Made by a program: the position numbers and the translations under genes | NCBI GenBank assembly: GCA_051294375.1 | Contig: CM119265.1 | Span: 26,914,517 to 26,978,516, forward strand | Direction: 5' to 3' | Origin: Paraspadella gotoi | Taxonomy: Eukaryota; Animalia; Chaetognatha | DNA: 64,000 nucleotides | Notes under the pieces: generated by a model | The model's database searches: none | The model's input: the letters and a program-made list of their open reading frames with translations, nothing else | Told to the model about the DNA's origin: nothing | In this document: in pieces, positions 1 through 11,892 of the stretch | Layout: each line of letters starts with the position of its first letter | How positions within the stretch are numbered: position 1 is the stretch's first letter

Positions 1-2575
1 AGAAAAATAGGAAAGGAAGGAAAGGGAGGGAATTAAAGAAAAAAGGGAAATGAGGAAAAAAAAGGTAAAGGGAGGGAAAGAAAAAATATGGAAAGTAGAG
101 GCATAAAGAGAAGAGGAAAGGGTTGAAAGAAAGAAAGAGAAAAAGCCAGGAAAGAAAATTAATAAAAAAGGGGGAAAAAGAAAAATGAGAAAAGGAGAAG
201 GAAAGTCAGAGATGAAAAAACGAACCTGAATTAATTAATTTTCACGCGACGAACGAATTTGATCAGAAAATTNNNNNNNNNNNNNNNNNNNNNNNNNGGA
301 TGTGGAGGAGGACGTGGGATGTGGAGGGGGAGAGGAGGATGACGTTTGGGGAAACATGAGGCTGTCTGTATGTCTGTGAGTCTCTGCAAAAAGTGATTTG
401 ATATACGGACAGATGGACGGAAAGTTTCTTCTCGTCAGGAGAGAAATCAAAAAGGAAAGAAGAAAAAATTAAAGGGAGGAAAGAAAAAAGAGAAAAGGGA
501 GGAAATAAAAAAATAGGAAAGGGAGGAAATAAAAAAAAGAGGAAAGGGAGGAAATAAAAAAGGAAGAGGAAAAGGAGGAAAGAAAAAGAAAAAAGGTAAA
601 AGGAGGAAATAAAAGGGAAAAGAAGAAAAGGAGGAAAGAAAAATGGAGACAAAAAAGGGAAAAGGAGGAACAAAAAGGTAGAGGAAAAGGAGGAAAGAAA
701 AAGAAAATAGGAAAGGAAGGAAAGGGAGTGAATTAAAAGAAAAAAAGGANNNNNNNNNNAGGAGAAGGAAAGTCAAGAGATGAAAAAACAACCTGATTAA
801 TTAATTTTCAGCGACGAAACGAAATTTGAAGAAAATTAGCGACGAATTTTCACTTAATTTTAAGAATTTTTTTTTTTTAAAGAAACAATTAAATTTGTTT
901 GTTGAAAAAAAAAATGTGCCAAAGCTTTCTTGTCGTTAAATGAGACTAAAATCAACACATGTAATCAACTTTAAAATCACATTTTCACTTCCCTCTCTCC
1001 CCAAGCCTCACNNNNNNNNNNNNNNNNNNNNNNNNNNNNNNNNNNNNNNNNNNNNNNNNNNNNNNNNNNNNNNNNNNNNNNNNNNNNNNNNNNNNNNNNN
1101 NNNNNNNNNNNNNNNNNNNNNNNNNNNNNNNNNNNNNNNNNNNNNNNNNNNNNNNNNNNNNNNNNNNNNNNNNNNNNNNNNNNNNNNNNNNNNNNNNNNN
1201 NNNNNNNNNNNNNNNNNNNNNNNNNNNNNNNNNNNNNNNNNNNNNNNNNNNNNNNNNNNNNNNNNNNNNNNNNNNNNNNACTTTTCGGTCGGTCGGTCCG
1301 TCCGTCGGTCGGTCGGTCCGTCGGTATGTCTGTCCAATGGTCTGTCTCACTTACGTTAAAAATGCTCATAACTTGCATATAGTTGGTTGCTCATTTGTTA
1401 AAACAGGAAAAAACCTCAAATCTAAGGGACTGCTAGCGTCACCTTCAGGAAATAAAAGATAAAAGACAATTTCCGATGCAGTGCTTGTCATAAAGTTATG
1501 GTAGTCATTTCATGTCATGTCATAACATGTAATGTCATGTCATGTCACAAGAAACACGTGATTAGGCAGTCACTGCGGCGCAACACATTTGAATTGCCGT
1601 TCTTGTTTGAAAATAAATTAGATAATTAATTGTTAATGTATGTTTTTTTTTGTATGCATCTGTATCGTTAACTCGGTAATCTATATTCGGTAATCAATTC
1701 NNNNNNNNNNNNNNNNNNNNNNNNNNNNNNNNNNNNNNNNNNNNNNNNNNNNNNNNNNNNNNNNNNNNNNNNNNNNNNNNNNNNNNNNNNNNNNNNNNNN
1801 NNNNNNNNNNNNNNNNNNNNNNNNNNNNNNNNNNNNNNNNNNNNNNNNNNNNNNNNNNNNNNNNNNNNNNNNNNNNNNNNNNNNNNNNNNNNNNNNNNNN
1901 NNNNNNNNNNNNNNNNNNNNNNNNNNNNNNNNNNNNNNNNNNNNNNNNNNNNNNNNNNNNNNNNNNNNNNNNNNNNNNNNNNNNNNNNNNNNNNNNNNNN
2001 NNNNNNNNNNNNNNNNNNNNNNNNNNNNNNNNNNNNNNNNNNNNNNNNNNNNNNNNNNNNNNNNNNNNNNNNNNNNNNNNNNNNNNNNNNNNNNNNNNNN
2101 NNNNNNNNNNNNNNNNNNNNNNNNNNNNNNNNNNNNNNNNNNNNNNNNNNNNNNNNNNNNNNNNNNNNNNNNNNNNNNNNNNNNNNNNNNNNNNNNNNNN
2201 NNNNNNNNNNNNNNNNNNNNNNACTTAGTAAGATTTATTTGCGAAATGTTTTAGGGTCTCCTCTTTTTTTTTTGCACATGTTATAAATTCTGGATACTGC
2301 AGTGCAGAGTGTAGAAGCTTCTCTCTCTTAATGTATCTAGTTTCAGAGTGGTTTTCGGCAGCAAATGAAATTCACAAAGATTATCTCAAAATGTTGAATG
2401 GATTGTATTGTCTTGACAAGTTTTGACATTTTGTACCAAATTTTATACCAATTACTCGGCGGTCGACTGGACCGCGAGATCGCCAGGGAGACATTACTTG
2501 CGATATAAGATTTTAGAAAAGTGGTGGTCTAATCTAATCTAATTCAACATTGGCCATTTGGTGAAAGCTCTGTCC

Positions 2576-2875
2576 TTACTCTTCCCGTCGGAGTGAACCA
2601 GCGGATGCGTGAAGTCGACTCGAAGTTCGACGCCAACTCGGACGATGATCGCTTCCGCCGTTTTTACTGTAGAATCTGTTGAAGAAAAAAAAGAAGGGAA
2701 TCTGAGACTAATTCGGTTGCGTTCTCGCCGGTTTTACTGTATATAGATTCTTCGGAGGATAAAAAAAAATTCAATACAGAAAGAAAGATTTTATTCTCCG
2801 CCATCTTTGCTGTCGTCGAAGGCAAAATGTGACTCTATTTTTCCAAAAACCAACCGTGTTGGTTCTTATTTCTGT

Positions 2876-2910
<35 letters not shown>

Positions 2911-3698
2911 ACGTCATCAACAACGAAATTCCGTCTCGATTCTTCGTCGCTTTTTTTCTCTTAATGAGTTTCTTTGGTGTTCTCTCTCTCCCTCTCTCTC
3001 CCTCTCTCTCCCTCTCCCTCTCCCTCTCTCTCAACAACTTACGGATTGGCGTTGGGCCTAAAGGCATCATAACCAGTGTAATCTTCATAGTTTCCGAGTC
3101 GATAATCTGAAGTTTCTCGTCGACGTCGTCGTCTTCCTCTGTTGTCGTTGTTGTCGTCGTCGTCGTCGTCGTCGTGATTGTTTCCGTCGCCGTCAAAACC
3201 TTCGTTTTCCCTTCCCTCTCCTCTGTTTTTATTTCTGTTTCGTGTTTCTTCCCTTCGTTTCGTCTCTTCCTCCAAAATCTCCTTCGTTTTTCGCCGAAAA
3301 AACTTTTTCATTTTCTCGTCGTCAATTTTCCCAGCGGCCGAGACGCTCCTCCTCCCGGCGGCCGAGATATTCGTCCTTCCAGCCGCAGGACTCAGCCTCC
3401 GCCCGCCGACTCGAAGATTCCGGCAAATCGGCGTCGATTTCTCGGCGAAAGACTTTCCGGCGCCGGGATTTGAGTCGATGCCGAGACGAAAATCCGAGGA
3501 GGAAGAATCGACGGCTTCTCCGGCCTTCGAAAGATCGAGGGGAGATGGCAACGAGGATGGCAAAGACGCAGGTGGCACCGCGAATGGCACTCCGGACGGC
3601 GGCGTCGTCGTCGTCTCCTGGCGGTCAAAGTTGGAACAACCGACGAAACGAAAAAACAAAAGGAGAATCGGGAAAAGAAAAAATCGAGTCGACGTCAT
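2576..3698 (-). CDS. Putative secreted prepro-peptide (neuropeptide-precursor-like) gene, 2 exons: 3698-3043 and 2675-2576
   Basis: The ORF starts MTSTRFFLFPILLLFFRFVGCS (signal-peptide-like). It contains RR-LSPAA-GR-TNISAA-GRR-SVSAA-GK repeats, an acidic spacer and an RRRRRR site. Donor cc|gtaagt at 3043 joins acceptor ttcaacag|a at 2675 in phase 2, giving ...NANPFYSKNGGSDHRPSWRRTSSRLHASAGSLRREE*. No homolog recognised. Confidence 0.55.
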
Positions 3699-4222
3699 CC
3701 TTGTTTTGTTATTTGTTTGTTTTGTTTTTGTTTTATTCGCCAGATGGCTCCCGAACGTATGATTATAAATAGCAAACTATATATATATATATATATTATA
3801 TTAGTTAGTTAGTTTTCTAATCCCAAATTAAAAGATTCCGAAATGCCGTAAAAATGCCGTAAAAATGCCGCGACAGAAAGAGAGAGATGCAGTAAATCTT
3901 GTTCGGAAAAGAATACGAGTGGCCGACTGACGTCTTCCTTGTTGTTGTTGTTGTCGTCGTCGTCGTCGTCGTCTTGGCGTCCAACTCCGCGTTCTGCGTT
4001 TTTGCGTCGTTCGTAGAAAAGTTGACGCGATGAGGAGGAAGAGGAGGAGGAGGAGGAGGAGGAGGAAGATGACCTCATACTCATAGTCGTCCGAAAATCT
4101 TTTTAATAATTCATATCTATGGATAATTGGCAATAATCGTATATCAACTCACGTAGAAATTTAGGTTTATTTTAAACTGTTTCTTTCTTTTTTTAATTAA
4201 CATTTTCGTATCGATTCGATCT

Positions 4223-4520
4223 TCAGAAGAAGACCGCCGCCGTCGCCGCCGCCGTCGCCGCAGCCGCCGCCCCCGCCGCCGCTACCGCAGCGACGGAACC
4301 AGATAATAATCTGGAGCTAGATCTGTATTCGTTCTTCTGATTGTAATTGATATTGCGATGACCGTTAGTGCGACTGGACATGTCCGTCTTAGCGTCGCAC
4401 TTCATCTTCGTCATTACGAGGTTTTTAACGATTGTCTTTTTATTCGGAATGCAAGCGGCAACGCAATTCTCACCACAGATTCCATTTCTTTTACCTGTTG
4501 AAGGGGAATATCGATTAATG

Positions 4521-4604
<84 letters not shown>

Positions 4605-6538
4605 AGCGGCGCTTATGAGGTTGCTAATAATTAAGATAATTGTGAATAGGGCGCTAAGTGGGGCTGAAGCTGACTATCCGCAACTTCTATGACCCACTCT
4701 CGCAGCCATGGAACGGGTCCTGGGCTTAGAACCACGTTTTCCACGTCCCCAAGGCGTTTTACGGCCGTCCTCACGCTTCTCGTAGAGTCGGTAACGGGCT
4801 GGGATCGAACCCGGTCCCATGAGCTGATGGCTTTACTCACTGGGTCACGACCGAAGGTGTCATGCTCATAAGCGGGATGAACTTAAAGCAATGCCCTACT
4901 ACATAATGACGATGGTGAAGATAATGGTGATAATTATAATTATAATTATAATTATAATTATAATAATAATATAATATATATATATAATATAATATAATTA
5001 TAATTATAATTATGACGATGACGCCGACAATGACCGAAAAAATCCGTGAATCGGCAGCAACCGTCCGGATTAAATCCATCCGGCGTCGCTTGGCATTCCG
5101 CTCCTTTTTCGCATTTCTTCGTTCCCTCCGGAAGAGGCTGCCCTTCGTCCACCAGGCCTCCAAACTGCGAATCTTCCTTGACGGTTGTCCAACCGGGCGG
5201 CAGATCGTTCTTGTTATTTTCCCAATCGGGCGACGGGTCACCTCGTGTTGGACGTCAACTTTCGTTTAACATTACGAATCGAATTTTCGCGAGGCGATTT
5301 GGTTGTCAAAAACTTTGCTCTTGATTACGATTAGTTATGAATAAGTATCATTAATCGCCATTAATATTATTATATATTAACTTTTTTTTATTTTGCGATA
5401 CGGATCGTATCATCGCAGATGGAATCGGAACCAAAAATGGAATCTGATCCGCGACTCGGGTGAAATCTACCGAGGACTCTCTGATTGGATGAATCATTGT
5501 CGGAATCCAACCAATTTTCATGTTGAAATCTCTGTCTACTTACTTAAATGGTATGAAGCTAATTAGATTAACCAGTTTTGGGGTTTTATGAAATTGGTAC
5601 CAACGACCAAACCAGCCCGAGCGCGAGTCTCGTGTCTCGTCAGCCACGTATTCACCCTCCTCTTCCTCCTCCTAGCACCCAGGGCTCGAGGCTCACCCAG
5701 TTTTTCGCCTTCTCGTTTCTACTCTCTCTCCTCTACTTTCTCCTCTCCGCTCCTTCCGATTTTTCCCTCCAGTTTTTGTACACCTTTTTTTTTGCCTTTT
5801 TTAGTAGTATATACACGTTTTCCCACATTTCGCCTTCTTCTTTTACGACTTCGTTAGTTAGACCCAGATTACCACCATCCCAGATAGAGTGGCGCCCAAT
5901 GTGGGGCTCGTACCCACGACCCCAGGATTAAGAGTCCTGTGCTCTACCGACTTCGTTAGTTTGCCCCAGATAATTTAATTTTTTCCAAATTTAATTTAGC
6001 TATTTCATAGTAGTATTGAATCTTTAAAACGCGTTCATCACTTGGTTCACTAAGTACGTCTCCATCGTTGGGCGGAGGCGTAATTCCCCAATCCTCACCG
6101 AAGTCGGGCCAAGAATTCTAAAAAGATTAATTCTTTAGCATATTAATTAACGGTTTTAGAAATTCTAAATTTTAAATGTTAAAATTTTTAGATTGGTTAA
6201 TTTATTAAGTCTTTATTCAAATAATATAGAATGTTTGCAAATCTTTCTTTTCGTTGGTAGAATGATTAGACGAAATAACATTTTTTTTAGTTTTTCACAA
6301 CGAATTTTTATTTGTATAGTAGCAGACATGTTTCGAATGTGTATTTCGTTCATCATCAGTGAAGATTAATAATATTTTTGGTTTATCTTAAAAGAGTTTA
6401 AAATTTGTATAATAAATCAAATTATTAAAACAGATAGTTAAAATATGACATATATAAAAAATCTAACTACCTAGTACCTACCCAATCCCCCATTGACGTC
6501 GATACGAGCAACAAAATGGCGGCTATGAAGATTTTCAT
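4223..6538 (-). CDS. Secreted Cys-rich protein with hydrophobic (GPI-signal-like) C-terminus, 184 aa, 4 exons: 6538-6482, 6117-6099, 5241-5035, 4494-4223
   Basis: All three introns are GT-AG and phase-consistent (0,1,1), total 555 nt. Translation: MKIFIAAILLLVSTSMGDW|NSWPDFG|DPSPDWENNKNDLPPGWTTVKEDSQFGGLVDEGQPLPEGTKKCEKGAECQATPDGFNPDGCCRFTDFFG|KRNGICGENCVAACIPNKK...CDAK...LLSGSVAAVAAAGAAAAATAAATAAVFF*. Signal peptide and 8 Cys. Confidence 0.7.
4641..4903 (-). mobile_element. Solo LTR (family A) with internal tRNA-like sequence
   Basis: TG...CA termini and 4-bp TSD TAAT (4637-4640 and 4904-4907). Its reverse complement is homologous to 12561-12828 and 18620-18917. Contains B-box gggttcgatccc. 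Confidence 0.75.
5890..5952 (-). pseudogene. 5'-truncated tRNA-Lys(CUU) retrocopy with encoded CCA
   Basis: Minus strand reads agtcggtagagcacaggactCTTaatcctggggtcgtgggtacgagccccacattgggcgCCA, matching tRNA-Lys-CTT from the D-loop to the 3' end. The 5' acceptor strand is missing. Flanked by ~25-bp imperfect direct repeats (cgacttcgttagtt.g.cccagat at ~5846 and ~5948). Confidence 0.75.
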
Positions 6539-6850
6539 CTTTTTATTTTTTTTTTTTTTTGTCTTGTTAATGTTTTTTTGTTTTCTTTCTGTTTTGTTTT
6601 GATTTTGTTTTCGTGTTCTTACTATTTTTTTAAATGCTACGCATGTGAAGTAGGATGCCTTTGTTTTTTAAATGTTCCCAGTAAGAAATTGGAGAAATAG
6701 AAATAGAAATGATTACACTTAACTCGGGACAGTATCGAGAACGTCTAATGGGTCCTTTTGTCAAATAATGCTGAGGGGACTATACTAAAAGCGTTGTCAG
6801 ACAGCACTTTGTCCCTTTTTCTGCGCGAGAGAGGAGAAAGAGAGAGAGAG

Positions 6851-6883
<33 letters not shown>

Positions 6884-8283
6884 AGAGAGAGAGGAGAGAG
6901 AGAGAAGAGAGAAGAGAGAGAGAGAGAGAGAGAGAATAATACGCGACGCGATATTCATGCTTTGGTGTAAGTTCGAGCGATAGTCTTATGTTTTTACTAA
7001 ATAAATAAATTTTCCGCGACGTCGCGCTTTAACGTTTCAAAAAATATAATAAACAAAGGAACAACGTTTTTTTTGGAAATACTAACTCGTTACCTTCAAT
7101 AGAAATGCTTTGCTACTTACAAAAACAAGAGTTAAAAATTGTTACGTTAAAAAATCAATTCGCAGTAAATGATTTATTTGATATTAAGATCGCATTTACT
7201 AAGGTGAACTGTACCAACGTTCACAAAATTTAAAAAGAAAAATTTGCACAACCCGTTTTCATTGAATCAACATCATTATAAAAAAAAACTTTTCATATTT
7301 TAATGACAGATTTATTTCTAAATCTAATAAAAAAAAGAACAAAATGTCACAAAATATTTTTGGGGGGGATTTAAAGACAAGTTTAAATAATGAATCGAGT
7401 TACCCATTGTATATATATATCAAAAATTATTAACAAAACATTGGTAGAAAGTCTGTATACAGAGTATTTTTTTTTTTACAATTAAAAAACTGATAATGCT
7501 CGTACAAATTAGAATTATCGTTGTGTTGAGTTGGTGGCTTTTTGACACATAATCTTAACACTTTCCAACATGAGTTAAAAGCTCTTGTGTTTGTTTTTGA
7601 AACAAAAGACACGTAAGAAAACTTTTACCTGGTGTGTGGAAAGATTATCATTATTAAATTGGTTCAACCATTATAAACTACAGATACCAAAATACCTTTA
7701 AAAAAATTAGACTTTTTGAATAACTAAAATTTTTGTAGAATCAAACTAAATTTTCTATATGTTTCTTTTGTAAATACGTTTATATACCATTTAAATGTGT
7801 ACATACGTTTTTAAAACCTCACTCAGTAAATACCTTAATAAAGCTAAAAATTAATTAAAAGTTCATCTGGTTATTATTTTTTGTTTTCTTTGTTTTTTTT
7901 TATTTATTTTTGTTTTTATTGAAAAGAAACGACGAACGAACCTGAGCAAAGAAAGGGGACGAGGGGGCGAAGGGGGGGGCGAAGGGGGGGGGCGATGGTC
8001 CTCAACGAGAAAAATAAAGGAGAATTTAAAAAAAAATTAATAAAATCTCGACATTAACAAAAAAGGAGTTTTTTCACATCGAAACTCAAGACTCCGTGAC
8101 TACGTGACTCTGTGAAGTGTGATCTTGACTCGTGGGATTCACGCAAAGACCAAAGTTGCCAGCGCGTGAATTCACGATTGTTAAAGTTGAAGCAATCGCG
8201 ACGTTGATCACGAATGGAGTGACGAGTAAGTGTGATGTTGTGTGATCGTTTATCCGTTGTGGTTGATTTTGTTGTTGTTGTCG

Positions 8284-9015
8284 TCATTGAGTGATTCTTC
8301 CGTACCACAGATTCTCCCGTTTGTATCTCTTGTAGAGGTATACCCAGTCCCAAAGGGAACAGCCCCTGAAAAGTACAAAGTTTTTGTAATTTAAGATAAT
8401 TTAAGATTTTTTTATAAATGTCTTGGGATAAATAAGTTTCACCATGAAGAGCAGTTTGAAAAAAAATGATAGAAAAGTTGACAAGATTTAAAAATTGTAA
8501 AAATCTAAAAAAATTATTTGCAATTTTTCAATTAACTAATTTTCAGACAGAATAGGCTACTTACCTTTTCCCCCTCTTAACTTTCCCCGCGCAGCAAACC
8601 TCCTGCGGTTTAGAGTAAGGCTTCGTGCCGCAACACGCGTTGCAGTTGCGGCGTTCACGAACTCGATTGTTGCAGCAAATCTGGAGGAGAAAAAAAAGTA
8701 AAATGTAAAAATAAAACATTAAACAAAAAAAATATTACAAAGACAAAAAATTATAATTACTTTTACATAAAAGAAAGGATTTCGATGACAAAAGGAAAAG
8801 TTTGTACTTTGTCATCGCTGACAACCTTTTTCAAATTCTTTGTCATTTTCCTTTTAAAAAAAATTCCCCAGAATCATTAAATCTCTCAACATCATTTTCA
8901 TTTTCTACATCATATTTTCCATCATCACCTGTGTCTCTAGGTTGTAGGGCTTCTTTCCGCAACAGGTCGTCGAATCACCGAGAGGAGAGACCTTACTGTC
9001 GCAGCATCTGAAAGT

Positions 9016-9065
<50 letters not shown>

Positions 9066-9422
9066 AGAGAGAGAAGAGAGAGAGAGAGATAAAAAGGAAG
9101 AGCAGAGCAAGTCAAAAGTGAAACCCTCTATGCAATGTTTCTCTCTCTCTCTTTTCTCTTTCTCTCTCTCTCTTCTCTCTCTCTCTCTTCTCTCTCTCTC
9201 TTTTTCTCTCTCTCTTCTCTTCTCTGTCTCTCGCTCTCTCTCTCTCTCTCTTTCTCAATCTTTACTTGTTGACGTGATAATTGTAAGGATGTCGCCCGCA
9301 GCAGGCGTTGTAGCCCTCGTCTCTGGAGTAGACGTGTCCGCCGCAGCAGAGCAGCTTTCGAGGGTTGTAGGCGTAGGAGCCGCAGCACTCCGTCTTGGCG
9401 TACCCTGCGGGATGCGGTGGAT

Positions 9423-9459
<37 letters not shown>

Positions 9460-10084
9460 ATATTGATTGATTGATTGATCGCCTGACTGGCTTGTTCAAT
9501 GAATAGCTAAATGAATGATTGTTTAATTTATTGCTTTATTGATTTTTTATTGATTGATTTATCAATTAATTAGATAATGAATTAGTAATTTCGATGATTA
9601 TTTACTTGATTGATTAATTGATTAATTGATTGATTGATTCATTCATTCATTGATTGATTGAAAAACTGGTTTGATAAATAATTAAATGAATAATTAAATG
9701 AAAGATTTATTAATTTAATAATTCTATTACTTGATTCATCAGTAAAGTAGATAATTAATAAGGCCATTAGATTATTTATTTATCGATCGGGTGATTCATT
9801 AATTCGATAATTTTGTTCATTCATCCAAGCATTAATTGGTTCAGATAGATTGATTGATCTTAGAGCTTGGTTACATTGATTTAAAACTTTTCTGGCCTCA
9901 TCACTTTTTCATCGACTCATTCCTGCCAATTTGCCTTTGGTATAGATGCTCCCGTTGCAGCAGAGATTCTTCCGCGTGTGAAAAGGGCGGGCGATGCAGC
10001 AGGAGTCGTACATGCCGCGGTGATACAGCAGCCCGCCGCAGCAGAACTGCGTGTAGGGGTTCGTCATGGAGGAGCAGCCGAACC
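8284..10084 (-). CDS. Galaxin-like di-cysteine repeat protein (partial). Exons 10084-9935, 9404-9266, 9007-8929, 8680-8565, 8365-8284
   Basis: Spliced translation: FGCSSMTNPYTQFCCGGLLYHRGMYDSCCIARPFHTRKNLCCNGSIYTKG|YAKTECCGSYAYNPRKLLCCGGHVYSRDEGYNACCGRHPYNYHVNK|CCDSKVSPLGDSTTCCGKKPYNLETQ|ICCNNRVRERRNCNACCGTKPYSKPQEVCCAGKVKRGKR|GCSLWDWVYLYKRYKRENLWYGRITQ*. The CCG..(P)Y(N)....CC.G.V repeat is the galaxin/usherin-like repeat pattern. Phases are consistent. The signal-peptide exon was not located. Confidence 0.8.
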
Positions 10085-10111
10085 CTGAGGGGGAGTTTGG
10101 GTTGGGTTGGG

Positions 10112-10270
10112 TATCACTATGAAATTGGGTATCATTATGAAATTAGGTATCACTATGAAATTGGTCATCACTATGAAATTGGTATCACTATGAAATTGGC
10201 GATCACTATGAAATTGGTATCACTGTGAAATTGGCCATCACTATGAAATTGGTATCACTATGAAATTGGT
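10112..10270 (+). repeat. 17-bp minisatellite (atcactatgaaattggt)n, about 9 copies
   Basis: Direct tandem units that run into aaaaccaatataaaaattatcca, the reverse-complement end of dispersed family D. Confidence 0.85.
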
Positions 10271-11007
10271 AAAACCAATATAAAAATTATCCAATGTAGA
10301 TTAAGGCCTCAATCCCTCTTACAATATAATGTAATGTATTGTAATATAATGTAATGTAATCCAATGTGGATTAAGGCCTTCTTCCTTCTTACAATATAAT
10401 GTAATGTATTGTGATATAATGTAATGTAATCCAATCTAACAATATGATAACATAGCAGCTTTTAATCAAGACTCTGTCACCATCTACTAATTATCTCCTG
10501 GCGTATTTGGGTTCCCTATCTATAATGTAAAAATATTATAGTTATTTCATAAAAACTATACCATTGTAGTGATGTAATATCAGCGCACTGGGCTAACGCT
10601 TCATCCCTTATCCCAAAGGTTAAACCACCGGTAGCAAGCCTACCGTCGGATTCGAAGTTCCGGAAAGCTAAGTGTGAAGTGGCTCTCCCTCTGTTCTCTC
10701 GGTCACCTCACTATTTCTTCCAAACATTAGAGATTCCATTTCCCTAACCTCATCTCGCCAAAGTGGAAATTCGATTTTCGGTCGTCGCCGAAGGAAACGT
10801 CAAATTCAAAAATTAAATAATATAATATTGTTTCAAAACTTTTTATATATTAAAAGTCTATATGTATATATTTGGCGTAGAAAACGATTAATTTAAAAAG
10901 GAAAAAGATAAGCAATCCGCCTTCAAATGTAGTAAAAATATAAAACAATCTTAAAGAGTGATTCTAAACCGAAAGGAGAGATAGGAGGAAAGGAAAAGAC
11001 AACAACA

Positions 11008-11041
<34 letters not shown>

Positions 11042-11298
11042 CATTAATTCGATTTAAACTAATTTCGTTTGACTAAAATCGGGAGGAAAAAACTCGTCGC
11101 GATGCAAATCAAAGTTTTTACTTTTAATCGATGATAAAATAAAAAAAAATGATAAAATTAATGAGGTCGTCGCAAATTTTGGTTTTAGTTATTTTTCAAA
11201 ATGAAACTGAATAAATAAAAATGTAATTTTTTTTATTTTTTTAAATACCGATCAAAATATTGAGTTAGTATTTAGTTAAATTTACCATATGTGACGAT

Positions 11299-11412
<114 letters not shown>

Positions 11413-11851
11413 GCGTCCAAACTCAATTTTTGCTCGTTGATCAAAATCCGATATAAACGAACCTAAAAATCCCTGTTTCTCCCTTTTACGAGGTCGGTTT
11501 TACGGCGGTCACCCGTTTTAACGAAATCTGGACCTTCGTTCGTCAGGGAAATGAAATTTACGACAAAAAATGTTTGAAAATGTATTTCAAGTTGCCGGTT
11601 TTACGAACGGTCTGTGGGGCAATCGGTTTGTCTGTCCCTCTGTCTGTCGGTCAGTCATTTTATCGGGTAAAATGACTGACTTGAACGACTCTCCTTTTAA
11701 AATGAAATATGAAATTCTTCATTTTTTTATTCATTTTCTTTTTTTCTTTCTTTTTTAGCTACAAGCCATACGTTTTCTCAAGAATTGAATAGTCGATCGT
11801 AAATGACATCTTTAATATCGTTTACGAAAAGAAAGAAAGAGAGAGAGAGAG

Positions 11852-11892
<41 letters not shown>

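Noticed and set aside
1-850. Purine-rich region with a duplicated segment (~190-272 and ~760-840) and Phe/Leu-rich ORFs
   Set aside because: Low complexity next to a 25-N spacer; likely a gap-fill duplication.
3809-4133. Short minus-strand ORFs with poly-Ser/Asp/Leu/Arg runs between two genes
   Set aside because: Driven by trinucleotide repeats with no splice or homology support; probably UTR or intergenic.
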